Assembly (NCBI GenBank): GCA_026026165.1
Contig: JAPEUD010000031.1
Location: 124,001 to 188,000, forward strand
Source of the DNA: Sarea resinae
Taxonomy: Eukaryota
Reading direction: 5' to 3'
Length of the DNA stretch: 64,000 bases
The notes under the pieces were generated by a model. The model was given only the letters and a program-made list of their open reading frames with translations. It had not been told where the DNA came from and made no database searches. Of this stretch, positions 63,031-64,000 are shown in pieces. The number at the start of each line of letters is the position of its first letter. Position 1 is the first letter of the stretch. The position numbers were made by a program, and so were the translations under genes.

Positions 63031-63075
63031 TGCTGCCAATGCTGCCAATGCTGCCAATGCTGCCAATGCTGCCAA
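63031..63075. repeat. (TGCTGCCAA)x5 tandem repeat, creating five CCAAT boxes
   Basis: Five perfect 9-bp units followed by one degenerate unit. Confidence 0.9.
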
Positions 63076-63682
63076 TGCCACCAAATCTGCGTCTGACCAC
63101 CGTAAATAGATGAAAAGACTGCGAAAAGGCTCAAGGTGGGGCCATGATCGTCTTGGCCATTTCATCATGGCGCCGCTCCCGGCCCCGATGCAGACGGGGG
63201 GTGGGAGCGGCAAGGAGGGGTAAGGGCACACGACCAAACCGTCCGATTGGGTCCAGATCGCCCGATGCTCATGATCCTCGATCCGTGTTATGTAGACCAA
63301 GTACGGCAACCCCGTACTCCAGACCGCGGCCAAGGACAATCATACAAAGTATTCATTTGCAGTGATTTCACTGCTTGATCGATGCACGCACAATACCCCC
63401 CCGATAATTGGTCCAGAATACCCTACATGCTGTTTGCTGATCGTTCAAAACTCATTCATTGGTATTCTACAATGCAAGCTGGAAGCTATGGAAGCTAGCT
63501 ACGGCGAAAGCTTGAAGCGGCCCGGCGTTCGAGAATGCGGGCCTCCAGCGAAAAGGAAGGGTGCCATGGTAAATCACCAGAGCTCTTTCGGACCAAACTC
63601 CTGTCCGGCCAGCCATCCCATGGATGCCGGCCAGACGAGACAGACACGCAAATATACAAAGAACGCAGAGATCAGGAACCCG

Positions 63683-64000
63683 TCATCTCCCCCGGCTGCT
63701 CCTTCGGGTTGCAAAGTGAGACCCCAGAGATCTCGGACTCGTCGGAGTGAGCATTTGCGCGGGAGGCATGCCGATCTTCACCTCGCCGACTCTCCGAAGA
63801 AGCCCCTGCAGGGCGACTCGCACCTCCATGCCGAGATCTCGACCGAGCAGATCAACGGCCAGCGGATAAAAGGTCTCGATATGCTTCTCGAATCCCTCGC
63901 GGGGGAAGTTGGTGTAACCCTCCATGACATCCACCACAACTGGTCTCCACGCAACAATGTTCCGTTGCTGGGTCTCCTCGTCGAGCTGAATGTATCCACT
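63683..64000 (-). CDS. SEC7: ARF guanine-nucleotide exchange factor Sec7/BIG, extreme C-terminus (partial)
   Basis: LDEETQQRNIVAWRPVVVDVMEGYTNFP..FYPLAVDLL..VRVALQGLLRRVGE resembles the fungal Sec7 C-terminus. Confidence 0.82.
   Translation of the reverse strand, partial: SGYIQLDEETQQRNIVAWRPVVVDVMEGYTNFPREGFEKHIETFYPLAVDLLGRDLGMEVRVALQGLLRRVGEVKIGMPPAQMLTPTSPRSLGSHFATRRSSRGR

Overview
Eukaryotic, intron-rich DNA from a filamentous ascomycete (Pezizomycotina). Introns are short GT..AG with CTAAC/CTGAC branch sites. The window is mostly a core-genome neighbourhood of about 20 genes: POT/PTR2 peptide transporter (partial), EMW1/TTC27 TPR protein, an orphan ORF, LYR-motif protein, IMP2, SPO71, HET-C2-type glycolipid transfer protein, Swi6/Cdc10-type APSES-ankyrin factor, MacroD protein, GlnRS, SPF1 P5A-ATPase, YVC1 channel, an MDR reductase plus C2H2 transcription factor pair, a membrane protein, MME1-like carrier, eIF2-alpha, PRS1, phospholipase D and the SEC7 3' end. 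Two stretches lack conserved genes. About 30.4-35.9 kb holds a long pseudogene of unknown family that looks RIP-inactivated, a short telomere-repeat match and a textbook intron in an orphan ORF. About 52.4-59.4 kb is a simple-repeat-rich gene desert ending in an AT-rich RIP-like block. I found no rRNA, tRNA, CRISPR array, intact transposon or PKS/NRPS. I cannot establish a new biological system from sequence alone. The best leads are the decayed ~750-codon gene, the reductase/TF module with overlapping CDS ends, the intron-split SPF1 start codon and several promoter motif clusters. All gene identities come from recognising motifs by eye; no database search was run.
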